Under the pieces are notes generated by a model that was not told where the DNA came from, did no database searches, and saw nothing but the letters and a program-made list of their open reading frames with translations. This document shows positions 27,733-42,327 of a stretch of DNA of 64,000 bases, piece after piece (within the stretch, counting starts at the first letter, position 1; every line of letters starts with the position of its first letter). A program made the translations under genes and the position numbers. This DNA is from Escherichia coli (lineage in GTDB: Bacteria > Pseudomonadota > Gammaproteobacteria > Enterobacterales > Enterobacteriaceae): the NCBI RefSeq assembly GCF_030013595.1, contig NZ_CP122768.1. One strand, written 5' to 3'.

Positions 27733-28152
27733 ATGGTCGTTAAAAATGCTCTTGCCTGTGGGATTATGCTTGCTCTTGTCGGTTGTGCTACAAAACCTGT
27801 CTCAAATGAACAAGCCACACCTGTTCCTGAAAAACAAATAATCAGTACCGCGTTACTCGAAAAACGAGACGGTACGGGAGAGGTGATCATCAAGCGTGAC
27901 TCGGGGTTCTTTGGAAGCGCGTGCTTTTCCCGTGTTTATGTTGATGGTAAAGAGGTGGCAGATTTAGGTACAGCTCAGAAAGTCGTTGTATACCCAACGA
28001 TTGGAGATCATGTCTTCAGCGCGTGGCCTAAAGGGGTATGTGGCGGTGGCATGAGCGAACAGGCGGGCAAGGTGACAACAGAACGTACTTTGATGTATCG
28101 CATAGGGTATGGATCAAACGGTGAATATGGCATTCACCCAACTGCGTTTTAA
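27733..28152 (+). CDS. Lipoprotein (139 aa), prophage cargo gene adjacent to the attachment site
   Basis: Signal peptide with lipobox LVGC; own upstream non-coding region (27488..27732); located between the tail genes and att. Confidence 0.55.
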   Translation: MVVKNALACGIMLALVGCATKPVSNEQATPVPEKQIISTALLEKRDGTGEVIIKRDSGFFGSACFSRVYVDGKEVADLGTAQKVVVYPTIGDHVFSAWPKGVCGGGMSEQAGKVTTERTLMYRIGYGSNGEYGIHPTAF

Positions 28153-28373
28153 TTTGTGTTGGGGTATGTGAGTTTTTCTCATACCCCTTTACCTCACTTT
28201 GCTCTTGACTGTTTGGTCACATCAAGGCGCAAAACATCACCATTTTTTGCCAAAAACCTTCAGAAGATGATGAGTAAGACGTGTCATAACTATATGATTA
28301 TTTGATATTCACACACACCATTATGTCCGGATAATTTACCATAATCATTTGAAATTATTGCACAAAACGAACA

Positions 28374-28429
28374 ATTTAAAATCCCTCGGCGTTCGCGCTG
28401 TGCGGGTTCAAGTCCCGCTCCGGGTACCA
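28374..28429 (+). tRNA. leuZ: Partial tRNA-Leu (leuZ-type, anticodon TAA), 3' 56 nt only (anticodon loop to CCA); prophage attachment-site core
   Basis: Sequence aTTTAAAATCCCTCGGCGTTCGCGCTGTGCGGGTTCAAGTCCCGCTCCGGGTACCA matches the 3' part of E. coli tRNA-Leu(UAA); the 5' half (acceptor and D arms) is replaced by phage sequence. Confidence 0.8.
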
Positions 28430-28472
28430 TGGGAAAGATAAGAATAAAATCAAAGCAATAAGCAGTGTCGTG

Positions 28473-28497
28473 AAACCACCTTCGGGTGGTTTTTTTG
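28473..28497 (+). terminator. Rho-independent terminator downstream of the tRNA locus
   Basis: aaaccacc ttcg ggtggttt followed by T7. Confidence 0.6.
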
Positions 28498-28624
28498 TGC
28501 CTGCAACTTGTCGTTACACCCTCCTTAATTTTTAATCACCGGCAAAGCCACTCAAAAAGTATCTCTGTTACGGACCGACATGTAAGATAGGTGCTGGCGA
28601 GTTGAGATCCACAAGGAAAAGCGT

Positions 28625-29290
28625 ATGAAAACGGGACCGTTAAACGAAAGTGAGTTGGAATGGCTGGACGATATTCTGACCAAATACAACACTGACCACG
28701 CCATTCTTGATGTGGCGGAGCTGGACGGTTTATTGACGGCGGTGTTGAGTTCTCCGCAAGAGATTGAACCGGCACAGTGGCTGGTTGCCGTGTGGGGTGG
28801 GGCTGACTATGTGCCACGCTGGGCGTCAGAGAAAGAGATGACGCGCTTTATGAACCTGGCTTTTCAGCATATGGCCGATACCGCAGAGCGTCTGAACGAA
28901 TTCCCGGAGCAGTTTGAGCCGTTATTCGGCTTGCGAGAAGTCGATGGCAGCGAGCTGACGATTGTTGAGGAGTGGTGCTTTGGCTATATGCGGGGCGTGG
29001 CACTTTCTGACTGGTCAACGTTACCCGATTCGTTAAAACCAGCGCTGGAGGCGATTGCGCTGCACGGTACTGAGGAAAACTTCGAGCGGGTAGAGAAGAT
29101 GTCGCCAGAAGCGTTTGAAGAGAGCGTAGATGCCATTCGACTGGCGGCGCTTGATCTACATGCGTACTGGATGGCGCATCCGCAGGAAAAAGCTGTTCAG
29201 CAACCGATCAAAGCAGAAGAGAAACCGGGGCGTAATGATCCTTGCCCGTGCGGTAGTGGTAAGAAATTTAAGCAGTGCTGCCTGCATTAA
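28625..29290 (+). CDS. yecA: SEC-C metal-binding domain protein YecA
   Basis: C-terminal [17 protein letters not shown] motif; K-12 synteny next to tyrP. Confidence 0.9.
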   Translation: MKTGPLNESELEWLDDILTKYNTDHAILDVAELDGLLTAVLSSPQEIEPAQWLVAVWGGADYVPRWASEKEMTRFMNLAFQHMADTAERLNEFPEQFEPLFGLREVDGSELTIVEEWCFGYMRGVALSDWSTLPDSLKPALEAIALHGTEENFERVEKMSPEAFEESVDAIRLAALDLHAYWMAHPQEKAVQQPIKAEEKPGRNDPCPCGSGKKFKQCCLH

Positions 29291-29351
29291 GAGATCAAAT
29301 TGGGTGTCAGCGTTAATTCTGGCACCCAATAAGGAATTTGAGGCTATCTGA

Positions 29352-30563
29352 TCACCCCACTTCTGGTAACAAGCCTGCTGCAATCAAAAATTGCACGCTA
29401 ATCACAGCAATACCACAGAGAAACACCACCACCAGCGCCGGACGACCACCTTTCACCCGGTAACCCGCCTGAGGATTGTGCTTTCTGCTTTGCCAGGTCA
29501 ACAGCGAAGGGATAATCAATGCCAGTACCGCCAGCGCCACACCGGCGTAACCCAGCGCCATCACAAATCCTCGTGGATAAAACAGTGCAAATGCTAACGG
29601 CGGCAGAAAGGTAATTGCACCAGTTTGCAATCGTCCACCAACGGTATTTGAACGCTGAAACAAATCTGCCAGATAATCAAATAAACCTAACGCAACGCCG
29701 AGAAATGACGTGGCGAGGGCTAAATCAGCAAATAAATGCACCGCCAGCTCAACATGCGGAGAGGCCACCATTTCGCGTAATGCCTGTAACAGCCCGTTTA
29801 ATCCGGCATGATTAGCCAGCAATCCCATAAAGGTTGTTGAATCAATGCTGCCAAGCGTTGCCACCTGCCAGAAAATATATGCCACCAGGGGGATCGCACT
29901 ACCGGTTATAAACACCCAGCGTAGCTTACGAATGTTGCCATCCATATAGCTGACAATACTCGGCACGCTACCGTGAAAACCAAACGACGTAAAAATCACC
30001 GGGATTGCAGACAGTGCCAGCCCCTGTTGCAACGGCAGGGTTAAAAGATTCACTTTGTGAATATGCGGTAGCAGTAGTACCAGCATTACCACCAGAAAAA
30101 TAATCTTAGCGCTGAACAGAAAACGGTTAAACAAATCGACCAGCGATGTCCCGACACAAACCACGCCACCGGCAACAAAAGTGAACAACAGCACGCCAGC
30201 GGTTGCCGACATTGAAATACCTGTCCAGTCGCTGATGCTGGAGGCCAACAATTCACCAGCCCCGCTGATGTATGCCGCAGTCAGAGCATACATTAAGAAC
30301 ATCATACTGAAGCCTGTCAGCCACTGACCGTAGCGTCCCAGATAGCGTTTTGCCAGCGTGCCCAGACCGGTATCTGCCGGGACATGCTGGTACACCTCCA
30401 GTAGTAATAGCGCCGTGTAGCACATCAACGCCCAAAGCCCAATCAACAAGATTAACGTGACGCTAAAACCAACACCTGCCGCAGCCAGCGGCATTGCCAG
30501 CATGCCTGCGCCAATTGTGGTTCCCGCCACGATAAAAACACTTCCCAGAGTTCTGTTTTTCAC
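29352..30563 (-). CDS. tyrP: Tyrosine-specific transport protein TyrP
   Basis: 403-aa polytopic permease; K-12 synteny. Confidence 0.9.
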   Translation of the reverse strand: MKNRTLGSVFIVAGTTIGAGMLAMPLAAAGVGFSVTLILLIGLWALMCYTALLLLEVYQHVPADTGLGTLAKRYLGRYGQWLTGFSMMFLMYALTAAYISGAGELLASSISDWTGISMSATAGVLLFTFVAGGVVCVGTSLVDLFNRFLFSAKIIFLVVMLVLLLPHIHKVNLLTLPLQQGLALSAIPVIFTSFGFHGSVPSIVSYMDGNIRKLRWVFITGSAIPLVAYIFWQVATLGSIDSTTFMGLLANHAGLNGLLQALREMVASPHVELAVHLFADLALATSFLGVALGLFDYLADLFQRSNTVGGRLQTGAITFLPPLAFALFYPRGFVMALGYAGVALAVLALIIPSLLTWQSRKHNPQAGYRVKGGRPALVVVFLCGIAVISVQFLIAAGLLPEVG

Positions 30564-30753
30564 GCTTTCTTCTGTCCTGACGATCTTTATGAGTGATATC
30601 TGCGGCGCAGGTTAAGGCATAACGGCTGCTTCGTCAAACCGGCGTTACATATGGTGTAAATATAAATGTACAATAAAATGCATTCAGTCCTGCGCTGGCG
30701 CAAAGTCTTGGTAAGCGGCAATCGCTACGCTAGCCTTTTTTCGAGGAGGAACG

Positions 30754-30993
30754 ATGGACTCTATTCACGGTCATGAAGTGTTAAATATGATGATTGAATC
30801 AGGTGAGCAATATACGCATGCCAGTCTGGAAGCTGCGATTAAAGCGCGTTTTGGTGAACAGGCACGTTTTCACACTTGCTCGGCAGAAGGGATGACAGCG
30901 GGAGAGCTGGTAGCGTTTCTGGCAGCAAAAGGCAAATTTATACCTTCGGAAGAAGGTTTTTCGACCGATCAGAGTAAGATTTGCCGTCACTGA
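30754..30993 (+). CDS. yecH: Uncharacterised protein YecH
   Basis: 79-aa ORF at the K-12 syntenic position. Confidence 0.8.
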   Translation: MDSIHGHEVLNMMIESGEQYTHASLEAAIKARFGEQARFHTCSAEGMTAGELVAFLAAKGKFIPSEEGFSTDQSKICRH

Positions 30994-31030
30994 TTTGAAA
31001 CGGCGGCAGTAAACCTGCCGCCGGAGAACA

Positions 31031-31528
31031 TTAGTTTTGTGTGTCGAGGGTAGAGAGTTCTTTGTCGATAAAATACAAACCTTCGCCGCTTTTGCCTGCC
31101 AGACTTAATTTATCAATAATCGATTTGAACAGTTTCTCTTCTTCATGCTGCTCAGAAACATACCATTGCAGGAAATTAAATGTTGGGTAGTCCTGATTGG
31201 TCATTGCAGCATGAGCCAGTTCGTTAATTTTCTGCGTGATTAATTGTTCGTGTTTATAGGTTTCCTGGAATAATTCATCAAGTGAGGAATATTCAGCAAA
31301 CGGAGATTCAACGGTATTAATACGCGGTAAATTGCCGGTATCAGTCAGATAATCAAACAGACGCTGCATATGCGTCATCTCTTCCTGGGCGTGACGGCGC
31401 AGGAACGCGGCAGCACCTTCGAAGGTATGATAGCTGCACCAGGCGCTCATTTGCTGATAAAGCAGTGAAGAGTACAGTTCCAGGTTCATCTGCTCATTAA
31501 GTTTTTCAATCATTTCTGGTTTCAGCAT
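31031..31528 (-). CDS. ftnA: Ferritin FtnA
   Basis: Ferritin-like sequence; start trimmed to MLKPEM (165 aa). Confidence 0.9.
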
Positions 31529-31698
31529 GATAGTGCTCCACAAAGGTTATATTTGTTGCTGTGGCGTCACTATAATTTGTTATTTTATTATTTGCAAAAG
31601 GTAAAATATAAACTTCATTTATTAAAAATACGAATGGGAATAAAACGCATTACCGCTATTTCTTTAATCAGCGAAGATCCCCTCGCTGATTAAAATAT

Positions 31699-32022
31699 TT
31701 AGAGAAAGACAGGGAAGGCGGAATGATGGCACTGATATGACAAAGTGAATTCCGTATTCAAACATAAGGAACCCGCAAAGAGGCTACAGTTGCCTACTGG
31801 CTGACCAAAGGGGATAGCGTGGGTATAGCCTTCCTGCTGGCATGCGCGATCGGCGATCCCGCGACTGACATAACGATCGGTATGGGCATGCTGCAAAAAA
31901 GCCTGGTCATAAACCAACCGTACAATACCTGTTGCCGCGTCAACTTCGCTCACATGGGCCTGGCGAGTAACCGTACACCCCGCCAGCGTTATTAATGAAA
32001 GAGTCAGAATCAGAAGTCTCAT
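31699..32022 (-). CDS. yecR: Lipoprotein YecR
   Basis: Lipobox LAGC; K-12 synteny. Confidence 0.85.
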   Translation of the reverse strand: MRLLILTLSLITLAGCTVTRQAHVSEVDAATGIVRLVYDQAFLQHAHTDRYVSRGIADRACQQEGYTHAIPFGQPVGNCSLFAGSLCLNTEFTLSYQCHHSAFPVFL

Positions 32023-32186
32023 GGTCCAGCCAGAAGAGTAAAAGAAAGCACTATTTTACGCGTTACAGCGCTGCGACAATGGCCGGAAAAGACGCCTGGC
32101 AGGCGCTATTTCTTGCCATCTGTAGGTGTCAGAAATGGGGTAGCTGCTTTTTGATTATCATTTTTATAACATTAAAGGGGTGTTTA

Positions 32187-32202
32187 TGTGATTTGCATCA
32201 CA
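32187..32202. promoter_or_regulatory. CRP binding site (TGTGA-N6-TCACA) in the azuC promoter region
   Basis: Perfect match to the CRP half-sites, upstream of azuC. Confidence 0.6.
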
Positions 32203-32284
32203 TAAAGATTGATTTTTGTGATGGTTGTCATATTATAAGCGCAAAGACAATAACACCTGTATAACAAATGGTCGGAGTGCCGCG

Positions 32285-32371
32285 ATGAAACTGCGCAAAA
32301 TCCTGAAAAGTATGTTCAATAACTATTGCAAGACGTTCAAAGACGTACCGCCAGGCAATATGTTCCGATAA
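32285..32371 (+). CDS. azuC: Small protein AzuC (28 aa; dual-function AzuCR RNA)
   Basis: Translation MKLRKILKSMFNNYCKTFKDVPPGNMFR read by hand; followed by a terminator. Confidence 0.8.
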   Translation: MKLRKILKSMFNNYCKTFKDVPPGNMFR

Positions 32372-32373
32372 CA

Positions 32374-32399
32374 AAAAACCTGCTCCGGCAGGTTTTTTT
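32374..32399 (+). terminator. Rho-independent terminator of azuC
   Basis: cctgc tccg gcagg followed by T7. Confidence 0.6.
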
Positions 32400-32485
32400 G
32401 TGTCCTGATGACGGTGGATGTGACTATCGCTGAAGATGTGAAGCCGCTACTATAACGGCTTTCAAAATGCTATCAGGAGTTTACG

Positions 32486-32737
32486 ATGTCCCAGCCGCTG
32501 AATGCCGATCAGGAACTGGTTTCTGATGTGGTTGCTTGCCAGTTGGTTATCAAACAAATTCTCGACGTTCTGGATGTAATCGCGCCCGTTGAAGTTCGCG
32601 AAAAAATGTCCAGCCAGCTGAAGAATATCGACTTTACTCACCATCCCGCCGCCGCAGACCCGGTCACCATGCGGGCAATCCAAAAAGCCATCGCGCTGAT
32701 TGAACTCAAGTTTACCCCACAGGGCGAATCCCATTAA
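32486..32737 (+). CDS. yecJ: Uncharacterised protein YecJ
   Basis: 83-aa ORF; K-12 synteny. Confidence 0.8.
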   Translation: MSQPLNADQELVSDVVACQLVIKQILDVLDVIAPVEVREKMSSQLKNIDFTHHPAAADPVTMRAIQKAIALIELKFTPQGESH

Positions 32738-32815
32738 AAAACCGCTGCTTCAAAAAGATGAGGCAGCGGTTTCTCAAAAACGTCATCGGCGCAATTGTAT
32801 TAGCGCCGATGACGA

Positions 32816-33319
32816 TCAATGCAGCTGATGCGACACGACATTCAGAACATGTTGGTCGGTCTGCACAGGGCACATACCCGCAAGTTTCGCACTGCGCACT
32901 TCATCAAGAATGGTTTGCAGTAACAGGCCATCATGCTGCTGTTCTTTTTCCAGATCGCGCAGGAAATTGACGGTTGAATCATCATTCAGTTCTTTAGCTT
33001 CATCGGCTAACTGTGCCAGCGTGCTTGAACGTTGCTCGTATTCTTCCATCGTTTTTTGGAACAGTTCTTCCAGAGAGTTCAGTTTTTCACCGGGAACATC
33101 AATGGCTTTAACGATGGGGGTAGCGCCGACACTCTTCATAAAGTTAAACATGCGCATCATTTGGGTCACGTTACTCTGTGCCTGGGCGCGAAGGAAAGTG
33201 GCGGTGCCGTTCAGACTCTGTTCAGAACACCAGTTACTCAGGTGAAGGTAGAGATTGGATGCGTAAAACTCGCGGTTCATTTGAGAGTTGAGTTTGAGAA
33301 GCATTCCAGCGGTTGCCAT
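32816..33319 (-). CDS. ftnB: Ferritin-like protein FtnB
   Basis: 167-aa ferritin-like ORF; synteny. Confidence 0.9.
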   Translation of the reverse strand: MATAGMLLKLNSQMNREFYASNLYLHLSNWCSEQSLNGTATFLRAQAQSNVTQMMRMFNFMKSVGATPIVKAIDVPGEKLNSLEELFQKTMEEYEQRSSTLAQLADEAKELNDDSTVNFLRDLEKEQQHDGLLLQTILDEVRSAKLAGMCPVQTDQHVLNVVSHQLH

Positions 33320-34114
33320 ACCTAATATCCTTATATCCAGAAGTGGAGAGGTGCAAGATAAATCAAAACACCATAATTACTGTTTGCAGAATAATTCCTT
33401 TCTGCCGGTCCGAAATGTGATCGTGGAGTCAATTCTGACGATGATCTGAAATAAGAATAACGTCTGAATGGGTATAAGAAAATGCTTAAATCATCAAGTT
33501 TATATATTTTTACATTTCATTGATGAAATCAATGTAACTGCAATGAATTTTAATGATAGTGCTTTTTGTATCTTGTTGATATTAATCGGTGAATTTGAAT
33601 TCATGATGAAGCAATGATTTTTTAAAACGTTTTTTCATTTTTGCGATATGGCTCTCAGTATACGTGTTCTGTTAATTAATGAGCACGGTGATAATTAATG
33701 GCGAAATGAATGACGCGCTTTTTCCACATCTTTGAGTTGCGGTTATTACACCCTTTCAAAAACTCAACGCCAGGTAATGTGGCCTATTGACTGGTTAAAA
33801 AAAAGACATCCCGCTGGGTACCAAAGACAACAAGGATTTCCAGGCTAATCTTATGGATTAATCTGCTGTGCACTAGACAATTTGTCAGACAAATTGGCTT
33901 TTCCTTATGTCTTTTCCCGCTAAATTTATGCACGTTCTCACTGTAATTCTGCGATGTGATATTGCTCTCCTATGGAGAATTAATTTCTCGCTAAAACTAT
34001 GTCAACACAGTCACTTATCTTTTAGTTAAAAGGTAATGCTTTGTTTTCCGATTAATTTAACGAATGTCATTCGTTTTTGCCCTACACAAAACGACACTAA
34101 AGCTGGAGAGAACC

Positions 34115-35104
34115 ATGCACAAATTTACTAAAGCCCTGGCAGCCATTGGTCTGGCAGCCGTTATGTCACAATCCGCTATGGCGGAGAACCTGAAGCTCGG
34201 TTTCCTGGTGAAGCAACCGGAAGAGCCGTGGTTCCAGACCGAATGGAAGTTTGCCGATAAAGCTGGGAAGGATTTAGGGTTTGAAGTTATTAAGATTGCC
34301 GTGCCGGATGGCGAAAAAACATTGAACGCGATCGACAGCCTGGCTGCCAGTGGCGCAAAAGGTTTCGTTATTTGTACTCCGGACCCGAAACTCGGCTCTG
34401 CCATCGTGGCGAAAGCGCGTGGCTACGATATGAAAGTCATTGCCGTGGATGACCAGTTTGTTAACGCCAAAGGCAAGCCAATGGATACCGTTCCGCTGGT
34501 GATGATGGCAGCGACCAAAATTGGCGAACGTCAGGGCCAGGAACTGTATAAAGAGATGCAGAAACGTGGCTGGGATGTCAAAGAAAGCGCGGTGATGGCG
34601 ATTACCGCCAACGAACTGGATACGGCTCGTCGCCGTACTACGGGGTCTATGGATGCGCTGAAAGCTGCAGGATTCCCGGAAAAACAAATTTATCAGGTAC
34701 CTACCAAATCTAACGACATCCCGGGGGCATTTGACGCTGCCAACTCAATGCTGGTTCAACATCCGGAAGTTAAACATTGGCTGATCGTCGGTATGAACGA
34801 CAGCACCGTACTTGGCGGCGTACGCGCGACGGAAGGTCAGGGCTTTAAAGCGGCCGATATCATCGGTATCGGTATTAACGGTGTGGATGCGGTGAGCGAA
34901 CTGTCTAAGGCACAGGCAACCGGCTTCTACGGTTCCCTGCTGCCAAGCCCGGACGTACATGGCTATAAATCCAGCGAAATGCTTTACAACTGGGTAGCAA
35001 AAGACGTTGAACCGCCAAAATTTACCGAAGTTACCGACGTGGTATTGATCACGCGTGACAACTTTAAAGAAGAACTGGAGAAAAAAGGTTTAGGCGGTAA
35101 GTAA
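34115..35104 (+). CDS. araF: L-arabinose ABC transporter periplasmic binding protein AraF
   Basis: Sequence recognised; start trimmed to MHKFTK. Confidence 0.95.
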   Translation: MHKFTKALAAIGLAAVMSQSAMAENLKLGFLVKQPEEPWFQTEWKFADKAGKDLGFEVIKIAVPDGEKTLNAIDSLAASGAKGFVICTPDPKLGSAIVAKARGYDMKVIAVDDQFVNAKGKPMDTVPLVMMAATKIGERQGQELYKEMQKRGWDVKESAVMAITANELDTARRRTTGSMDALKAAGFPEKQIYQVPTKSNDIPGAFDAANSMLVQHPEVKHWLIVGMNDSTVLGGVRATEGQGFKAADIIGIGINGVDAVSELSKAQATGFYGSLLPSPDVHGYKSSEMLYNWVAKDVEPPKFTEVTDVVLITRDNFKEELEKKGLGGK

Positions 35105-35173
35105 TTTGCCGGAAAAATTCCCCTCTGCATGATGCAGAGGGGGTGTGAACGACCAGTGATTCACGGAGACGTT

Positions 35174-36688
35174 ATGCAACAGTCTACCCCGTATCTCTCA
35201 TTTCGCGGCATCGGTAAAACGTTTCCCGGCGTTAAGGCGCTGACGGATATTAGTTTTGATTGCTATGCCGGTCAGGTTCATGCGTTGATGGGTGAAAATG
35301 GCGCAGGAAAATCAACTCTCTTAAAAATCCTCAGCGGCAACTATGCGCCAACCACGGGTTCTGTAGTGATTAATGGGCAGGAAATGTCCTTTTCCGACAC
35401 GACCGCAGCACTTAACGCGGGTGTGGCGATTATTTACCAGGAACTGCATCTCGTGCCGGAAATGACCGTCGCGGAAAACATCTATCTCGGCCAGCTGCCG
35501 CATAAAGGCGGCATTGTGAATCGCTCATTGCTGAATTATGAGGCGGGTTTACAACTTAAACATCTTGGTATGGATATTGACCCGGACACGCCGCTGAAAT
35601 ATCTCTCCATTGGTCAGTGGCAGATGGTTGAAATCGCCAAGGCGCTGGCGCGTAACGCTAAAATTATCGCCTTTGATGAGCCAACCAGCTCCCTCTCTGC
35701 TCGTGAAATCGACAATCTTTTCCGCGTTATTCGTGAACTGCGAAAAGAGGGGCGGGTGATCTTATACGTTTCTCACCGTATGGAAGAAATATTTGCCCTC
35801 AGCGATGCCATCACCGTCTTTAAAGATGGGCGTTATGTCAAAACCTTTACCGATATGCAGCAGGTTGACCACGACGCCTTGGTGCAGGCGATGGTCGGGC
35901 GCGACATCGGCGATATCTACGGCTGGCAACCGCGTAGTTATGGCGAGGAGCGCCTGCGTCTTGATGCTGTGAAAGCACCAGGCGTGCGTACGCCAATAAG
36001 TCTGGCGGTTCGCAGTGGAGAAATTGTCGGTCTGTTTGGTCTGGTCGGGGCAGGGCGTAGCGAATTAATGAAAGGCATGTTTGGCGGTACGCAAATCACC
36101 GCCGGTCAGGTTTATATCGACCAACGGCCGATTGATATTCGTAAACCGAGCCACGCTATTGCCGCAGGCATGATGCTCTGCCCGGAAGATCGCAAAGCGG
36201 AAGGCATTATTCCTGTGCACTCCGTTCGCGACAATATCAACATCAGTGCCAGACGCAAACATGTGCTCGGCGGTTGTGTAATCAACAACGGTTGGGAAGA
36301 AAACAATGCCGATCATCACATTCGTTCGCTCAACATCAAAACGCCGGGCGCAGAGCAACTGATCATGAATCTTTCAGGCGGAAATCAGCAAAAAGCCATT
36401 CTGGGCCGCTGGTTATCGGAAGAGATGAAGGTCATTTTGCTGGATGAACCTACGCGCGGCATTGATGTTGGTGCTAAGCATGAAATTTACAACGTGATTT
36501 ATGCGCTGGCAGCGCAGGGCGTGGCGGTGCTGTTTGCCTCCAGCGACTTACCTGAAGTCCTCGGCGTTGCCGACCGGATTGTGGTGATGCGGGAAGGCGA
36601 AATCGCCGGTGAATTGTTACACGAGCAGGCAGATGAGCGTCAGGCACTGAGCCTTGCGATGCCTAAAGTCAGCCAGGCAGTTGCCTGA
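35174..36688 (+). CDS. araG: L-arabinose ABC transporter ATP-binding protein AraG
   Basis: Tandem ABC ATPase domains; start trimmed to MQQSTPY. Confidence 0.95.
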   Translation: MQQSTPYLSFRGIGKTFPGVKALTDISFDCYAGQVHALMGENGAGKSTLLKILSGNYAPTTGSVVINGQEMSFSDTTAALNAGVAIIYQELHLVPEMTVAENIYLGQLPHKGGIVNRSLLNYEAGLQLKHLGMDIDPDTPLKYLSIGQWQMVEIAKALARNAKIIAFDEPTSSLSAREIDNLFRVIRELRKEGRVILYVSHRMEEIFALSDAITVFKDGRYVKTFTDMQQVDHDALVQAMVGRDIGDIYGWQPRSYGEERLRLDAVKAPGVRTPISLAVRSGEIVGLFGLVGAGRSELMKGMFGGTQITAGQVYIDQRPIDIRKPSHAIAAGMMLCPEDRKAEGIIPVHSVRDNINISARRKHVLGGCVINNGWEENNADHHIRSLNIKTPGAEQLIMNLSGGNQQKAILGRWLSEEMKVILLDEPTRGIDVGAKHEIYNVIYALAAQGVAVLFASSDLPEVLGVADRIVVMREGEIAGELLHEQADERQALSLAMPKVSQAVA

Positions 36689-36702
36689 GTAAGGAGAGTA
36701 TG

Positions 36703-40055
<3,353 letters not shown>

Positions 40056-40061
40056 GAGCGG

Positions 40062-40490
40062 TTAATCTCCCGTAAGTGGAACTAACAGCACATCGACCTC
40101 ACTTGAGGCAATCACTCTTTTCGCCGAGCAGGATGCTCGCGAAAAGAAACTGTGATTGTGATTACCGCAAATCACCAAATCGAAATGATATTTGCGACAA
40201 ACTTCCAGAATATGTTCGCTTAACTCACCGTAGGCAATAAACGTCTTGTCAACGGGATACCCCGCATCCTGAATTAACTTATCAAGAAAGCTTTGCGTTT
40301 CTTCCTGCATCACGCTGCGTAAATCTTCAAGCATCGGCGCAGCTAATTGATTGTACATTTCCGGGTCGGAAGCGAGAGTAATTAAACTGATGTGTCCCTT
40401 TACTGGCCTGGCGATAGATACCGCTTTTGCCAGCAGTTGCTGACTTTCCGGTGTAACCGCAACAGCGACAAGAATATTGCTATAGCTCAT
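40062..40490 (-). CDS. uspC: Universal stress protein UspC
   Basis: 142-aa Usp-family ORF; synteny. Confidence 0.9.
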   Translation of the reverse strand: MSYSNILVAVAVTPESQQLLAKAVSIARPVKGHISLITLASDPEMYNQLAAPMLEDLRSVMQEETQSFLDKLIQDAGYPVDKTFIAYGELSEHILEVCRKYHFDLVICGNHNHSFFSRASCSAKRVIASSEVDVLLVPLTGD

Positions 40491-40992
40491 AACCTGTTCC
40501 TTATTCTGTGAACTTCAGGTGACATTAAAGCTTTACTCCTAATGGAGAAACGACGCAATCCCAACTCAGTCAAACAGGTAAATATTAGTCTGATTATTAG
40601 TAAAGACAATTAATCAATCACTCTCGGTGATCATATGATTTCAACTGTAATTATAAGAAAATAATGTACTGATTCCCCATATTAAACAAGTGGTTAATAT
40701 ATGTAAAACATTTTATTAACATTAAGTTGATTGTTGCCTTTCTTTGTATTTAATTAGTTTGTTGTGCGGTAAGTGTCTGTTTAAAAATAGCTTATCTGGT
40801 ATTGCATTAAAGCAATTATTTATAGCAGATGATTATTTACGGTGAGTTATTTTAACTGTGCGCAACATCCCATTTCGATTATTCCTGTTTCATTTTTGCT
40901 TGCTAGCGTCGCGAAAAACTTTTTAACAGATTGAAATACACCCAAAACAAAAGTATGACTTATACATTTATGTTAAGTAATTGAGCGTTTTG

Positions 40993-41008
40993 TGTGATCT
41001 GCATCACA
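40993..41008. promoter_or_regulatory. CRP binding site (TGTGA-N6-TCACA) in the flhDC promoter region
   Basis: Perfect CRP half-sites about 260 bp upstream of the flhD ATG, consistent with the known CRP-activated flhDC promoter. Confidence 0.6.
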
Positions 41009-41269
41009 CATTATTGAAAATCGCAGCCCCCCTCCGTTGTATGTGAGTGTAGTGACGAGTAAAGTTGCGTCGATTTAGGAAAAATCTTAGATAAGTGTAA
41101 AGAACCCTTTCTATTTGTAAGGACTTATTAAACCCAAAAGGTGGTTCTGCTTATTGCAGCTTATCGCAACTATTCTAATGCTAATTATTTTTTACCGGGG
41201 CTTCCCGGCGACATCACGGGGTGCGGTGAGACCGCATAAAAATAAAGTTGGTTATTCTGGGTGGGAATA

Positions 41270-41620
41270 ATGCATACCTCCGAGTTGCTGAAACACATTT
41301 ATGACATCAACTTGTCATATTTACTACTTGCACAGCGTCTGATTGTTCAGGACAAAGCGTCCGCTATGTTTCGTCTCGGCATAAATGAAGAAATGGCGAC
41401 AACATTAGCGGCACTGACTCTTCCGCAAATGGTTAAGCTGGCAGAAACCAATCAACTGGTTTGTCACTTCCGTTTTGACAGCCACCAGACGATTACTCAG
41501 TTGACGCAAGATTCCCGCGTTGACGATCTCCAGCAAATTCATACCGGCATCATGCTCTCAACACGCTTGCTGAATGATGTTAATCAGCCTGAAGAAGCGC
41601 TGCGCAAGAAAAGGGCCTGA
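41270..41620 (+). CDS. flhD: Flagellar master regulator FlhD
   Basis: Sequence recognised ([19 protein letters not shown]...). Confidence 0.95.
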
Positions 41621-41622
41621 TC

Positions 41623-42201
41623 ATGAGTGAAAAAAGCATTGTTCAGGAAGCGCGGGATATTCAGCTGGCAATGGAATTGATCACCCTGGGCGCTCGTTTG
41701 CAGATGCTGGAAAGCGAAACACAGTTAAGTCGCGGACGCCTGATAAAACTTTATAAAGAACTGCGCGGAAGCCCACCGCCGAAAGGCATGCTGCCATTCT
41801 CAACCGACTGGTTTATGACCTGGGAACAAAACGTTCATGCTTCGATGTTCTGTAATGCATGGCAGTTTTTACTGAAAACCGGTTTGTGTAATGGCGTCGA
41901 TGCAGTGATCAAAGCCTACCGTTTATACCTTGAACAGTGCCCGCAAGCAGAAGACGGACCGCTGCTGGCATTAACCCGTGCCTGGACATTGGTACGGTTT
42001 GTTGAAAGTGGATTACTGCAACTTTCCAGCTGCAACTGCTGCGGCGGCAATTTTATTACCCACGCTCACCAGCCTGTTGGCAGCTTTGCCTGCAGCTTAT
42101 GTCAGCCGCCATCCCGGGCAGTAAAAAGACGTAAACTTTCCCAGAATCCTGCCGATATTATCCCACAACTGCTGGATGAACAGAGAGTACAGGCTGTTTA
42201 A
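41623..42201 (+). CDS. flhC: Flagellar master regulator FlhC
   Basis: Sequence recognised; Zn-binding Cys cluster. Confidence 0.95.
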   Translation: MSEKSIVQEARDIQLAMELITLGARLQMLESETQLSRGRLIKLYKELRGSPPPKGMLPFSTDWFMTWEQNVHASMFCNAWQFLLKTGLCNGVDAVIKAYRLYLEQCPQAEDGPLLALTRAWTLVRFVESGLLQLSSCNCCGGNFITHAHQPVGSFACSLCQPPSRAVKRRKLSQNPADIIPQLLDEQRVQAV

Positions 42202-42327
42202 CTTATACGGTGTGGCGCAACATTCCAGCAGCGGTAACGACGTACCGCTGCTTTTTTTTGCCCCAATCGCGCGTTAACGCCTGACGACTGAACATCCTGT
42301 CATGGTCAACAGTGGAAGGATGATGTC

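Larger units (their letters stand above)
1..28429 (+). mobile_element. Prophage, right part (lambdoid head/packaging module plus P2-like contractile tail module), integrated at tRNA-Leu leuZ; left boundary beyond window start
   Basis: Contiguous phage late genes (Q-like, lysis, terminase, portal, capsid, tail sheath/tube/baseplate) ending at a partial tRNA-Leu copy at 28374..28429; K-12-like host genes begin immediately after. Confidence 0.85.
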
